A DNA stretch of 59,557 nucleotides from a virus. Taxonomy: Duplodnaviria; Caudoviricetes. A model generated the notes under the pieces. The model was not told the DNA's origin and searched no databases. It saw only the letters and a list, made by a program, of their open reading frames with translations. The DNA lies in the IMG/VR virus record IMGVR_UViG_3300018080_000200, positions 1-59,557 of that record. One strand, written 5' to 3'. Numbering within the stretch: position 1 is the first letter of the stretch; each line of letters begins with the position of its first letter. This document shows, piece after piece, positions 29,747 through 39,294 of the stretch. Made by a program: the position numbers and the translations under genes.

Positions 29747-30679
29747 ATGAACGAAGCTTGCCAAACACAAACATTATATGGTAGCCGTCGTGACGATGGG
29801 CTCGGACGGACAGTAACCTCTAACTTCTGCAACTTGATCGAGCAAGGCCACGTGAAAGAAGCAGCGGTGTCAGCAACCAGTTTCACTAGAAGTCGGTTGC
29901 GTGAGGAAGGGTTCACCCGCAAGATCTATACTCCACTTCCAATCGCTGATGACCAATTGGACAAGCAGTTGGATTCGGACAAGCCTCGAAAGATCTTGGA
30001 ACTGGAGCCTGACTCTCAGGCAACGTATGTAGCTTTCAGAGGAATGGCGCCTGCACGGTACTTTACTGGGAAGTTTTATGAGGCAGTGTTCGGGAAGATC
30101 CAGTCCGAACGTCAAACCAAGTCGATTTTCGAATTAAAAACATACGACAACGACATCCGTAAGATTCTCAGTGATAACCTGGTTAAGGATATCCATGGGG
30201 AAGAAGACGGCGCTTACATTGCTACCTGTAACGATATCGTTGCCGCCAATCCGGTCCAACAGAACCTGGTGATTGGTGGCGGGGTTACCCGTAAGAATGT
30301 AGCCGAGGCTATGAAGGCACTCCCTAAGATGAAGTTGCCGAACGGCTGTATCCTTATGAATGATGTTACCAGTAAGGATATCCTGAAGTGGGAAGACACC
30401 GATATTGGTGACGCCGCGCTTACCGAACAATACTACAACGGTCTTACAACGGGTAAGATCATGGGTATTCGCACCCTGTTTACCATTAAGAGAGAGATTA
30501 TCCCCGATAATGTCATGTACTTCTTCACCACGGAAGACTTCTTAGGGAAGTTCTTCATTATGCTGGAGCCGACTGTTTATATTAAACACGAAGCTGACCT
30601 GTTGCAGTTCTGGCTGTACGAGTGCATCGCAATCGCTATCGGTAACACCAAGGGTGTTGTCAAGGTAACCTTTACATAA
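29747..30679 (+). CDS. Major capsid protein (HK97 fold)
   Basis: Strong SD aaggagg; RLREEGFTRKIY, spine-helix-like LVKDIHGEEDGAYI, CILMN, IMGIRTLFT..IIPDNVMYF, AIAIGNTKGVVKV; synteny. Confidence 0.75.
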   Translation: MNEACQTQTLYGSRRDDGLGRTVTSNFCNLIEQGHVKEAAVSATSFTRSRLREEGFTRKIYTPLPIADDQLDKQLDSDKPRKILELEPDSQATYVAFRGMAPARYFTGKFYEAVFGKIQSERQTKSIFELKTYDNDIRKILSDNLVKDIHGEEDGAYIATCNDIVAANPVQQNLVIGGGVTRKNVAEAMKALPKMKLPNGCILMNDVTSKDILKWEDTDIGDAALTEQYYNGLTTGKIMGIRTLFTIKREIIPDNVMYFFTTEDFLGKFFIMLEPTVYIKHEADLLQFWLYECIAIAIGNTKGVVKVTFT

Positions 30680-30687
30680 GATAAACA

Positions 30688-31116
30688 ATGGCAGCAATCA
30701 CAGTCGACGATGTGCGGCTGTTTATAAAGGATTCGCCGCAGAGTAATTATAAAGGGGAAGCGGAGTTTACGACGCCGCAGATCGAGCGGGCCATAGACTT
30801 TACGATATCTGACTTTAATTCCACGCCTCCGCTAATAACAGGCTTTACTAAGAACGATTTCCCCTATTTGTCGCTGTTATTGCTTGGCGTGGTGTCACAT
30901 CTCTATAAGGGTGCTGCGATCCATCAGGAGCGCAACCACCTGCCTGCTTCTTCCGGCGGAGTATCAGTTGACGACTCTGCTCACGCTAATCCATATTTAC
31001 AGCTCGCTAATGATTTACGCGCAGAGTACGAGCAGAAGAAATCTATGATCAAAATCTCCCTAAACATGGCACAAGGGTGGGGAGGCATAGGGTCGGAGTA
31101 TTACGGGTATGTTTGA
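30688..31116 (+). CDS. Putative head-tail adaptor (neck 1)
   Basis: ITVDDVRLFIKD..FTTPQIERAI..SSGGVSVDD; directly after MCP. Confidence 0.6.
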   Translation: MAAITVDDVRLFIKDSPQSNYKGEAEFTTPQIERAIDFTISDFNSTPPLITGFTKNDFPYLSLLLLGVVSHLYKGAAIHQERNHLPASSGGVSVDDSAHANPYLQLANDLRAEYEQKKSMIKISLNMAQGWGGIGSEYYGYV

Positions 31117-32530
31117 AAAGATGGCGCTTGGACTAGAAGATATTCAGAAATTCATTACTGCTCATCCCGAGGTTATAGGAGGTGGGGCGGGTGCATTAAC
31201 TGGAGGTCTTTTAACCAGGAGTCTTCTAGGAGCTGGTTTAGGAGGTTTAGCTGGGGCGGGTGCTGGGTACGCGTCTACTGATAGAGGTAGACAAGCTATC
31301 CAGAGACTCCTTGGGCTAGAGACTCCTGAAGTTCCCTCTACTCCGGCAGCGGCTTCTGAACAATCACAGGTAGAGGCGCTGTCAGAGGCGTTTGGTTTAA
31401 GCGATGTAGTACCGGAAAGTGAACAGCTTGCCGCATACTTAGACCAAATAAAAGATACGAACCCTGACGCATATTATAGCACCCTATTGGCGCTAAAAGC
31501 GAAACAACAAGGGGAGTTTGTTAAGCGAAAGGCCTTTTTAGAAGAAGGGCTCAAGAAGCTGGCGCCTAATGCACCAATAGAGCAATTTCAGAAGGCTATT
31601 ATACATCCAACATTAGTACAATCTTACTACTCTGGTTTAACAAAGAGCCCTAGCGGGCAGCTTTTACCTACATTTGAATTCCCAAAAGGGGAAATGGCCG
31701 GCTCTCCAGAGCTGCAAGGACTTTACAGAGGAATCTCAGATGAACTAGCGGCCAGTATGTTAGAGCCAGTATTAGCAGAGCGCGAATGGACTGCTAATGT
31801 TGAGAAGTTTGCCCCTAAATGGCGTTCTGTCTTTGGAGAAAACATCCCTAGATGGGCCAATGTATCATTGTGGGAAGGGCTTCATAAAACAGATCCCGGT
31901 AGAGCCGGTACAAAAAAGACTTTACAGTATATGCCTTGGACCGGAGGAGAGAAGTTGTATTGGAAGAACTTACAGAAGTATTTTCCGATGTCGAGGGGAG
32001 GCCCCCCTGATTTAAACATTGCCCGGCAACAGCAGGCTATCTTACAGGGCCTCTTGAAAGAGAAAGACCCTCAAAAACTTATGGTAGAGCTGGGTAAAAC
32101 TTCGTTTGGAAAACCCGTCTTAGCTCGCATGCGTGAAGTTATACAAGATCCTCAGAACCCCTATCGTATTACAGCAGCCCCTCAACAGCTAATGAAGCAT
32201 CTGCAAAAGACCTATATAAAAGATTACGGGACTGACCCCAGTAGTATGTTAGGAGAAGAATTGGGAATACCCCTTGGCGCCGGGCTTATTAATGCTCTTA
32301 GGAATCAATCTGCGAAAACTGTTGGCTCTAGTCTAGCGGCTAGAGCACGTGCTTTTGGTAGAGGATTTCGTGAATTTACAACAGGCGGTAAAGGGGGTCT
32401 TGGAACAAAAGGATTCGCGCCTTGGGCATTGGCTGCCTTCTTGCTTGGAAGAGGTATAAACAGAGGGGCCGGGGCTAAGGATATAACACAGAAAATATGG
32501 AGCAAAGGTGTCAGCCGTCCATTTAAATAG
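31109..32530 (+). CDS. Glycine-zipper protein with KxA leader (putative ejected protein)
   Basis: MFEKMA then GGGAGALTGG..GAGLGGLAGAGAG. Confidence 0.75.
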   Translation: MFEKMALGLEDIQKFITAHPEVIGGGAGALTGGLLTRSLLGAGLGGLAGAGAGYASTDRGRQAIQRLLGLETPEVPSTPAAASEQSQVEALSEAFGLSDVVPESEQLAAYLDQIKDTNPDAYYSTLLALKAKQQGEFVKRKAFLEEGLKKLAPNAPIEQFQKAIIHPTLVQSYYSGLTKSPSGQLLPTFEFPKGEMAGSPELQGLYRGISDELAASMLEPVLAEREWTANVEKFAPKWRSVFGENIPRWANVSLWEGLHKTDPGRAGTKKTLQYMPWTGGEKLYWKNLQKYFPMSRGGPPDLNIARQQQAILQGLLKEKDPQKLMVELGKTSFGKPVLARMREVIQDPQNPYRITAAPQQLMKHLQKTYIKDYGTDPSSMLGEELGIPLGAGLINALRNQSAKTVGSSLAARARAFGRGFREFTTGGKGGLGTKGFAPWALAAFLLGRGINRGAGAKDITQKIWSKGVSRPFK

Positions 32531-33368
32531 TTACCCATACTACCCTGATGCGATTTGCATTACATGGGAAATCGTTGATTCTCCAGCCTACCCAGATGCC
32601 GAGATTTGGGTGGAGCGATCTGGGTCCCCTGAAGGACCGTGGGAGAGGCGGCATACACTACCCCTTGTAAATGTGGGCAGTTGGGTTGACCAAGACCAGC
32701 AATATGCAGCTATCACTAAGCAGATGCTAGTGTATTATCGTGTTGTTGCCAAGCTTAGTGCTGCCAGAACAATCACTTCTGGAGCTATTAGCTTATTCGG
32801 GCCTCTTAACAAAGATGACTGGATGATAGCGCGTAAGCTAAATGAAAAAGAACACTTGCGGTTTAAAAAGATTGGTGTGCCTCTGCTAGTAATTAAAAGA
32901 AAGTACTGGGGAACGCCATGTTCGTGCAGAGACCAGGCTTCATCCCTAAAGACAAAGGACTTCTGTGAAGAGTGTTATGGAACTGGCCTAACAGGGGGTT
33001 TCTATGATCCTATTCCGACTTGTGGTGAGATAGTAGAGAATGCTCGAACTACAGACCTCAATGAGCAGGGGTTGGGAGTTGTAGAGGAGCACAGCGCATC
33101 CCTTAGGCTATCTAGTTATCCTATTATTGTAAGGGATGACTTGGTAATAGAAGAGAATACCAATATACGCTGGAATGTGTGGGAACATCAGTATATAGAA
33201 TGGCGACGGGTCCCTGTGGCCCAAACAGCAGTATTGAAAAAGATTCCTCCGTCCAGCATCAGGTACCGTGTAGAGTACACAAGAAATACAGACGGAACGT
33301 ACCATCTCGATGCCGCGCCCCCTAAAATTACCCAGAATGGGGAGCCTTGGCGGAAACGTACTGGGTAG
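32508..33368 (+). CDS. Putative head-closure/neck protein with zinc finger
   Basis: N-terminal FN3-like segment; KRKYWGTPCSC..CEECYGTGLTGG. Confidence 0.6.
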   Translation: MSAVHLNSYPYYPDAICITWEIVDSPAYPDAEIWVERSGSPEGPWERRHTLPLVNVGSWVDQDQQYAAITKQMLVYYRVVAKLSAARTITSGAISLFGPLNKDDWMIARKLNEKEHLRFKKIGVPLLVIKRKYWGTPCSCRDQASSLKTKDFCEECYGTGLTGGFYDPIPTCGEIVENARTTDLNEQGLGVVEEHSASLRLSSYPIIVRDDLVIEENTNIRWNVWEHQYIEWRRVPVAQTAVLKKIPPSSIRYRVEYTRNTDGTYHLDAAPPKITQNGEPWRKRTG

Positions 33369-33378
33369 GGAGCTATCA

Positions 33379-33603
33379 ATGCCTACATCAAAACATAGAA
33401 AATCAGAGACCACAGCAGAAACTCGTAAAAAGGGGAAGAAATACAAAAACAAGTCTCTAGCTTTAGGTACCCCATACACGGTGAAATCTTCATCCCTTAA
33501 GGAATTTGCCGAAGGGTTTGTTGAAAAATGTGCGGAACACGGCGTGACTGACTCCGCTATTATTAAAGAATTGTTTACTCAAAATGTCACCATCGAATCC
33601 TAA
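33379..33603 (+). CDS. Small basic protein with GFVEKCA motif
   Basis: ATG 33379 after ggag; FAEGFVEKCAEHG matches the motif in 1072..1524. Confidence 0.6.
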   Translation: MPTSKHRKSETTAETRKKGKKYKNKSLALGTPYTVKSSSLKEFAEGFVEKCAEHGVTDSAIIKELFTQNVTIES

Positions 33604-33644
33604 GATCCTTGAGCAGTATTCTTTGTTATCCGAGCATAGTATAA

Positions 33645-34307
33645 ATGACGTCCCCGCAATACACACGAGAGCTAACCACAGTAAAGATTCGGAAAACGCC
33701 ACTGGTAGTAACAGGGATCTTCGTGGAGCTGTTGAAACAGTATTTTCAGCTAAACGAAGGACAGTTCCGATGGAGTCAAGATTGCAACAGCAGCCAAATC
33801 GTAGTGGCTCCAAGTTATGAGTGGAACCCCACAGAGTTTGCTGCCCAAAAACGACCGGCTTGTTACATTAAACGGGGAGGGCTGACTTATACTAGGGTGG
33901 CTATAAATGATTTACATAGCATTCACCCTGCTGAGGACACTAAGGGCTTCGCAGTAGTAGGTAGTGGAGATGTCTCCTTACTTTGTATTAGCACAGAATC
34001 CGGTGCTGTTGAACTACTAGCGGAAGAAGTCAGTGGATTTCTAACAGCGTATAGCCCGGAAATTAGGAAAGAACTAACGTTTAGCACTTTCAGAGTTGCC
34101 GGTATACAGCCTATAGGAGTACTTAAAGAGTATACTAATGCGTTTGTAGTTCCAGTCAATATTGTTATAGGGTTTAACGAAGTCTGGAGTTTGACGTATA
34201 AAGCCCCCAAGATTGCGCACATTGTAACTTCCTTGGCTGTTCATGAGCAACTGGACTCACAAGGAGTTGCCTACGGCGAAGGGTTATACGGGGAGGGTAC
34301 TTATTAA
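33645..34307 (+). CDS. Putative tail terminator/completion protein
   Basis: KRPACYIKRGG..LLCISTESGAVELLAEEV; upstream of sheath; C-terminal YGEGLYGEG. Confidence 0.55.
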   Translation: MTSPQYTRELTTVKIRKTPLVVTGIFVELLKQYFQLNEGQFRWSQDCNSSQIVVAPSYEWNPTEFAAQKRPACYIKRGGLTYTRVAINDLHSIHPAEDTKGFAVVGSGDVSLLCISTESGAVELLAEEVSGFLTAYSPEIRKELTFSTFRVAGIQPIGVLKEYTNAFVVPVNIVIGFNEVWSLTYKAPKIAHIVTSLAVHEQLDSQGVAYGEGLYGEGTY

Positions 34308-35074
34308 TGGCCACTGAGACGACTACTTTATTAAATTTGGAACTTCCGGTTTCTAATGATGCCGACACGCGAGGGCAGTGGGGAGAAATTTTAAACACTG
34401 CATTAAAGAGTTTAGAATACTACGCCCATGCAGCCTCCTTACATACGCACTATGCACCTATCAGCAGTGCAAATGTTTTAGGACACCAAAATAGAATAAT
34501 CACAGGGGCTTCCGGTTCACCCTTGAATTTCTCAGTAGGTGTTGGTAAAATAGCGGTTAGTGTTAACGCCGGTGCTGATTTAGACGGAATTTTAACGGTA
34601 ATAGGTACTGCCTATGATAAATATACTAATACTACGCGGGCTGTTTCGGAACAAATAGCAATTAGCGGTACCGGGGTGTACGTTAGTCAAAACGTATACG
34701 TAGGGTCGGTCACTATCGAACTAACAAGTGTAGACTTCTCCGACTATGACGTGGATTCGTTTATACTTTGGGATAATAGGAACAGACCTTTTTTAGTCAG
34801 GTATATCGGGGTTGATGCCCTAAACACGGCAGTTTCTACTACGGCATCCGTACAAATAGACTTTGTGGATATTAGCACCGGAAAATTTGATGTATTTGAC
34901 ACACACACGATATCTTTTGTAACTATTGCAGATAGCAGGCACTGGTTTAAGAGTAAAACTTTGCTTTCTACTCTACTGGAGCCGAATAAGCATGGTATTA
35001 TTGTTAAATCAACTGCTGCCGATTACAGTCTTTGGACTAAGTTACAGCTCATACTCGAAGTACAAGAAAGGTAG
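34307..35074 (+). CDS. Virion structural protein (collar/fibre-like N-terminus)
   Basis: TTLLNLELP..WGEILNTALKSLE N-terminal pattern. Confidence 0.55.
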   Translation: MATETTTLLNLELPVSNDADTRGQWGEILNTALKSLEYYAHAASLHTHYAPISSANVLGHQNRIITGASGSPLNFSVGVGKIAVSVNAGADLDGILTVIGTAYDKYTNTTRAVSEQIAISGTGVYVSQNVYVGSVTIELTSVDFSDYDVDSFILWDNRNRPFLVRYIGVDALNTAVSTTASVQIDFVDISTGKFDVFDTHTISFVTIADSRHWFKSKTLLSTLLEPNKHGIIVKSTAADYSLWTKLQLILEVQER

Positions 35075-35079
35075 AAGCA

Positions 35080-38000
35080 ATGGCTTACTCACCTCCAGCT
35101 GTACAAGTTAATCAGGAGTTTGCGGCTCCTGCTGTCGCTGCATTCCCGGCTTTAAACCCGGTTATTATAGGCCCACGGTACGATGTATTGACGTACCAGG
35201 CTGATAAGGCCACTATAGCCTTAGGGGCCTATGACCCGTCAACTACAGTTAAACACTCTTACCCAAATCTTTCGGCCACTGGCATTGTAGATTTGGCTAA
35301 TGTGCTACTGTATTTCGATGACGCGTACCTGAAGTATTTTGAGAAGCTTATTGCCGATACAACATACCAGTTCAGAGTCATCACCCCGCATAGGAATAGA
35401 ATACGGGCAGCGGCAGACATTGACAGTTCGGAACCTATATTCTCTACAACTACGGATCGTCTAGGTAACACCTATACGAGATCCTCCAATTTTCTACGGG
35501 ATGTGTTACCGGGGGATGGTATCCTGGTACACGCCGAAATTGGCGGCACAGATTATAGCATTCTAACGAAAGTAGCTGAGTTGCTACATGACATTATACC
35601 GGCTGTGGTGGGTACTCCAACCGCAGATGCCGGCAATGAAGGAGTACATTCTCATTCCGTTGGATCCCCAGCAGCCGATGCCGGTAATACCGGGGATGAG
35701 GTTGTTGCAGCCGGTGGCACTTACACTGGTGACTTGGCCTCTGGTGTAGTAGAAGATACTTACACTGTTGAAGTCACTACTGGCGGAAACTACGCCACGC
35801 AGACTATTACCCAGAACAACGCTATCGGCACGGATACTTTGGTCATTGATGCTACGTCTGAATGGGATCATTCCAGTGACGAAGTTTATACCATTGAGAT
35901 CATCCAAACAGGGGCTACCGGTGTAGCTAAAATGAGGTATACCAGCGCTTCTGGCTTGGATAATGGTCCGGTGGCAGGGGCTACTGTTACATTCGGGGCA
36001 GCAATAGCTATTGGGTCCTACGGCCTAGTAATCACCCTCAATGACACTACTGATAGTACTCTAGAGGCAGGGTCTAATTGGGAGATTACCTGTACAGCGG
36101 GAACGGCAGTGTTAAAGATTACATCGGACTCCGGTGTAGACGACGTTCTCTCATACAAAGCCCGCACCGATGGTTTCGCGTTCCCCCTCGGAGCCTTAGG
36201 AGCTACTTTCACTCTCACTGATGGCGGTGATACCGTACTGACACTGGGGGATAAGTGGACCGTTGATTGTGAAGCCGGGTTTTCATTGCCTGGTCTTACT
36301 ATGGGCGGTACTTACACCAATGATAGGGACCTGGTCTACACCGTTGAAGTAACAAAGGGCGGTGTGTGGGGTACTTGTGAGATTACTGTAACATCTACTA
36401 GTACTGATAGCAGTGGCCCAAGTGTTGTAGCTGTTTCTACAGCAGTTACATTTGGTACAAAAGGACTCACTGTCACTTTTGCAGCTAACACGCAAGGCGG
36501 GTTGCTACTCGGAGACAAATGGACCGTAGCCGCTACGGCGACTCTGAACGGGCCTACTAAGTCTATCCGGTTGCAAGATGATCTTCCGGCAACAATACGG
36601 ACTACGGCTCCAACTATTACCGGACCTACTGATGTGGTTGCCGGTCCCGATGATGTTGTTGTCGATACGTCGGCATACGCCGATAACTTAAACGTCCTGT
36701 CGGAGCGCGATAAAGAGGTCTATATAGTCGAGATTACTAAAGGGGGAGCCGTTGGCGTAGCCGAGTATAGTGTGACCTCACAGTCTGGGCTGGACAGTAC
36801 CCCTACGGATCAAGTGATTGCCGACTTCGGTACCACCGCGTATGCTGTTGGTACTCAGGGCCTCACCGTTAAATTCCAGGATACCGATGTTAGTACCGAT
36901 TTAACAGTCGGACAGCAGTGGGCTTTTGAAATAGAGAAAACCAACCTGGATGTTACACTTTACATCATTAAAGATGATGTTAGTATTCCAGAATACCGAG
37001 TGGATACTCCTGCTGATGACGCGTGGCAAGTAGAGAGCGATGGGATTACCATCGAAAGCAATATCTATCTTACCGATAGCACCTGGGCTTCTGGGTCCAC
37101 ACTCGTTCCTCTCCCTGTAACGCAGGCCAACCAGTATGTTGCTTACAGAGCATTACGGCCTGAAGACTCGGATGAGATAGGTACTATGGATGGAAACGCT
37201 ACTGATACGACTATAGAAGGTCTTTTGGGGCCTATCCAGCCTACAAACCCCATTTCTTATGGTGTTAAGAAAGCTATTCTAAACTCTGGAGGCGCCGATG
37301 TTCGGTACATGAAACTAGCTACGGACGACACTGCCGGGTATAGTTCTGCACTTTCCAGGCTGCAGGAAGATCGGGCTTCGTACGCTATAACTCCTCTTAC
37401 ACAGAGCGCGGCGGTTCATCAATTAGTGATCGCCCATGCGAACAGCCTTTCCACGTCAACAGAAAACAGGTGGCGGATCGGGCTGTTCAATAAAGCCCTT
37501 AACACATCGATCTATTTGTTTGAGGATTATACTGATCCAGTATCCGGAGCTGAATCCGACTACGTAGCAACAGTAGAGGATGATCCTCTAGTGTCCGGTA
37601 CGCAGTACCAACTCCTAATCGGAGACACTGCTCAGGGAGTAAACTTCCTTACTAGCGGGGTAGTAGTCGGCGATGTAGTAGAACTAGGATTCTCAGTGGA
37701 CCTAAACGGAGAGTTGCAGTGGACAGACTATACTATTACGGATGTCCGCAGTGAAACGGCACTTACGTTTACTCCGGCACTGACAAGCGCTATCACTACG
37801 CCTTCTAAATTCAGATTGCGTAGGGTTCTCTCCAAGCAACAGCAAGCCGAAGAGATCCGGGATTACGCAGCTTCTCTATACAACCGTCGGGCAATGTTAG
37901 TATGGCCGAATATCGCAGGAGACGGAGAGTACCAGGTCGAAGGGTACTTCTTAGCTGCCGCTATTGCTGGCTTGACAGCGCAACATTTACCGCACCAGGG

Positions 38001-38487
38001 CTTTACTAACATGCAAGTCCTGGGGTTTGATGATTTAAGTAACAGCTTCTTGTACTTCTCTAGAGCACAGCTAAATACTATAGCCGAAGGCGGGGTGACT
38101 ATAGTAACACAGCAGATAAGAGAGGGGGCTCCATTCATTAGGCATCAGCTGATGACCAAAATGTCTGGCAGTCTATTCGATCAAGAGTATTCTCTTGTTA
38201 GAGTGCCTGATTTTATCTCGTATTACTTCTATGAGAATTTCCAGGATTTCATTGGGCTGTACAATATAAACACCAATATTTTGGAAGAAATCGAAGCAAG
38301 AGCGCTCTCTATCATTGATACTCTATTATCAACCGATTTCCCACGGATCGGTACTATGATCAATGCAGGTAGAGTCCTCTCTGTTGCACAGCATGAAACG
38401 TACAAAGATCGGGTAGAAGTTCTTGTAGAACTCGTTATTCCCGCTCCGATTAACGATCTGGTAATTACGCTGTCTTTCGTGCTGTAA
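35080..38487 (+). CDS. Contractile tail sheath protein with inserted repeated beta-domains
   Basis: MAYSPPAVQVNQE N-terminus; C-terminal core FLAAAIAGL..PHQGFTN..QLNTIAEGG..IRHQL..PAPINDL. Confidence 0.85.
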   Translation: MAYSPPAVQVNQEFAAPAVAAFPALNPVIIGPRYDVLTYQADKATIALGAYDPSTTVKHSYPNLSATGIVDLANVLLYFDDAYLKYFEKLIADTTYQFRVITPHRNRIRAAADIDSSEPIFSTTTDRLGNTYTRSSNFLRDVLPGDGILVHAEIGGTDYSILTKVAELLHDIIPAVVGTPTADAGNEGVHSHSVGSPAADAGNTGDEVVAAGGTYTGDLASGVVEDTYTVEVTTGGNYATQTITQNNAIGTDTLVIDATSEWDHSSDEVYTIEIIQTGATGVAKMRYTSASGLDNGPVAGATVTFGAAIAIGSYGLVITLNDTTDSTLEAGSNWEITCTAGTAVLKITSDSGVDDVLSYKARTDGFAFPLGALGATFTLTDGGDTVLTLGDKWTVDCEAGFSLPGLTMGGTYTNDRDLVYTVEVTKGGVWGTCEITVTSTSTDSSGPSVVAVSTAVTFGTKGLTVTFAANTQGGLLLGDKWTVAATATLNGPTKSIRLQDDLPATIRTTAPTITGPTDVVAGPDDVVVDTSAYADNLNVLSERDKEVYIVEITKGGAVGVAEYSVTSQSGLDSTPTDQVIADFGTTAYAVGTQGLTVKFQDTDVSTDLTVGQQWAFEIEKTNLDVTLYIIKDDVSIPEYRVDTPADDAWQVESDGITIESNIYLTDSTWASGSTLVPLPVTQANQYVAYRALRPEDSDEIGTMDGNATDTTIEGLLGPIQPTNPISYGVKKAILNSGGADVRYMKLATDDTAGYSSALSRLQEDRASYAITPLTQSAAVHQLVIAHANSLSTSTENRWRIGLFNKALNTSIYLFEDYTDPVSGAESDYVATVEDDPLVSGTQYQLLIGDTAQGVNFLTSGVVVGDVVELGFSVDLNGELQWTDYTITDVRSETALTFTPALTSAITTPSKFRLRRVLSKQQQAEEIRDYAASLYNRRAMLVWPNIAGDGEYQVEGYFLAAAIAGLTAQHLPHQGFTNMQVLGFDDLSNSFLYFSRAQLNTIAEGGVTIVTQQIREGAPFIRHQLMTKMSGSLFDQEYSLVRVPDFISYYFYENFQDFIGLYNINTNILEEIEARALSIIDTLLSTDFPRIGTMINAGRVLSVAQHETYKDRVEVLVELVIPAPINDLVITLSFVL

Positions 38488-38489
38488 AA

Positions 38490-38678
38490 ATGTTGTACTC
38501 ATACAAACACCCTTACGAATGGCGTTGGAGAAGACGGTTACTTTATTTCGACTACCCCAATGACTTTTTGCGACTACCGGATGATTCTAGGCCATTTGTA
38601 ATGGTGAATGTGGAGACAACTGCTGGAACAGTACAAGAGAAGGTTTTTTTAAATCAGATGCAACGAGTAGGAGAGTAA
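38490..38678 (+). CDS. Small hypothetical protein
   Basis: Fills the gap between sheath and tube. Confidence 0.45.
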   Translation: MLYSYKHPYEWRWRRRLLYFDYPNDFLRLPDDSRPFVMVNVETTAGTVQEKVFLNQMQRVGE

Positions 38679-38683
38679 AACTA

Positions 38684-39283
38684 ATGCCTGATATCTACGG
38701 GAAGAATGTTCAGTACAAGAATACTGGTCTGGTAACAGCCGATGAGATGATACTAACCATCCAAGGCGGGGGTACTACTACCGCTGGTCAGACTTCAAAT
38801 CAGTTCTTGGTACAGAGCGTTATTATCCAATACAACCAGCCGGTTAATAGAGTATTCGAGATCGGGTCGTCTTTTGTCTATTTTGCCCCCGGCAGGCCTA
38901 TTGGCAATTTGCAGATAGGTCGCATTGTAGGGTCTAAACTAATCACAGCCTTGTTAGGGCAGACTGGTACGGGGGTGTGGACTGCCGCTGCTGCCGAAGC
39001 GGCCGGGGATAAAACAGTCACATTCCGGAAAGGCTCTGCTGCTGGAGGCTCTATCAGTGGAGGTAATGATGCTGATGTCCAGTTACACATTACCGGCCTT
39101 ATTATAGAGTCTTATGGTTTTCAAACAGATGCAAATGGTACCCTGTGCCAGGAGAACATTTCCGGTCAATTTGCATCTTTGACTTTTGGCGGTGATGTCA
39201 GTGGTATTGTCTCTGCAGCTGCTGCAGCAGTTACAACTGCCGGGCAAGCTGTAACAGAAGCTATTACAAGTATCTTTGGATAA
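38684..39283 (+). CDS. Tail tube protein
   Basis: LVQSVIIQYNQPVNRVFEIGS..GNLQIGRIVG..ENISGQF; follows sheath. Confidence 0.75.
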   Translation: MPDIYGKNVQYKNTGLVTADEMILTIQGGGTTTAGQTSNQFLVQSVIIQYNQPVNRVFEIGSSFVYFAPGRPIGNLQIGRIVGSKLITALLGQTGTGVWTAAAAEAAGDKTVTFRKGSAAGGSISGGNDADVQLHITGLIIESYGFQTDANGTLCQENISGQFASLTFGGDVSGIVSAAAAAVTTAGQAVTEAITSIFG

Positions 39284-39294
39284 TACATACTTGC

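Noticed and set aside
6278-33644. ATAGTATAA before the starts at 6291 and 33645 as a late promoter
   Set aside because: Only two instances, inconsistent distance to ATG (4 and 0 nt) and no shared upstream element
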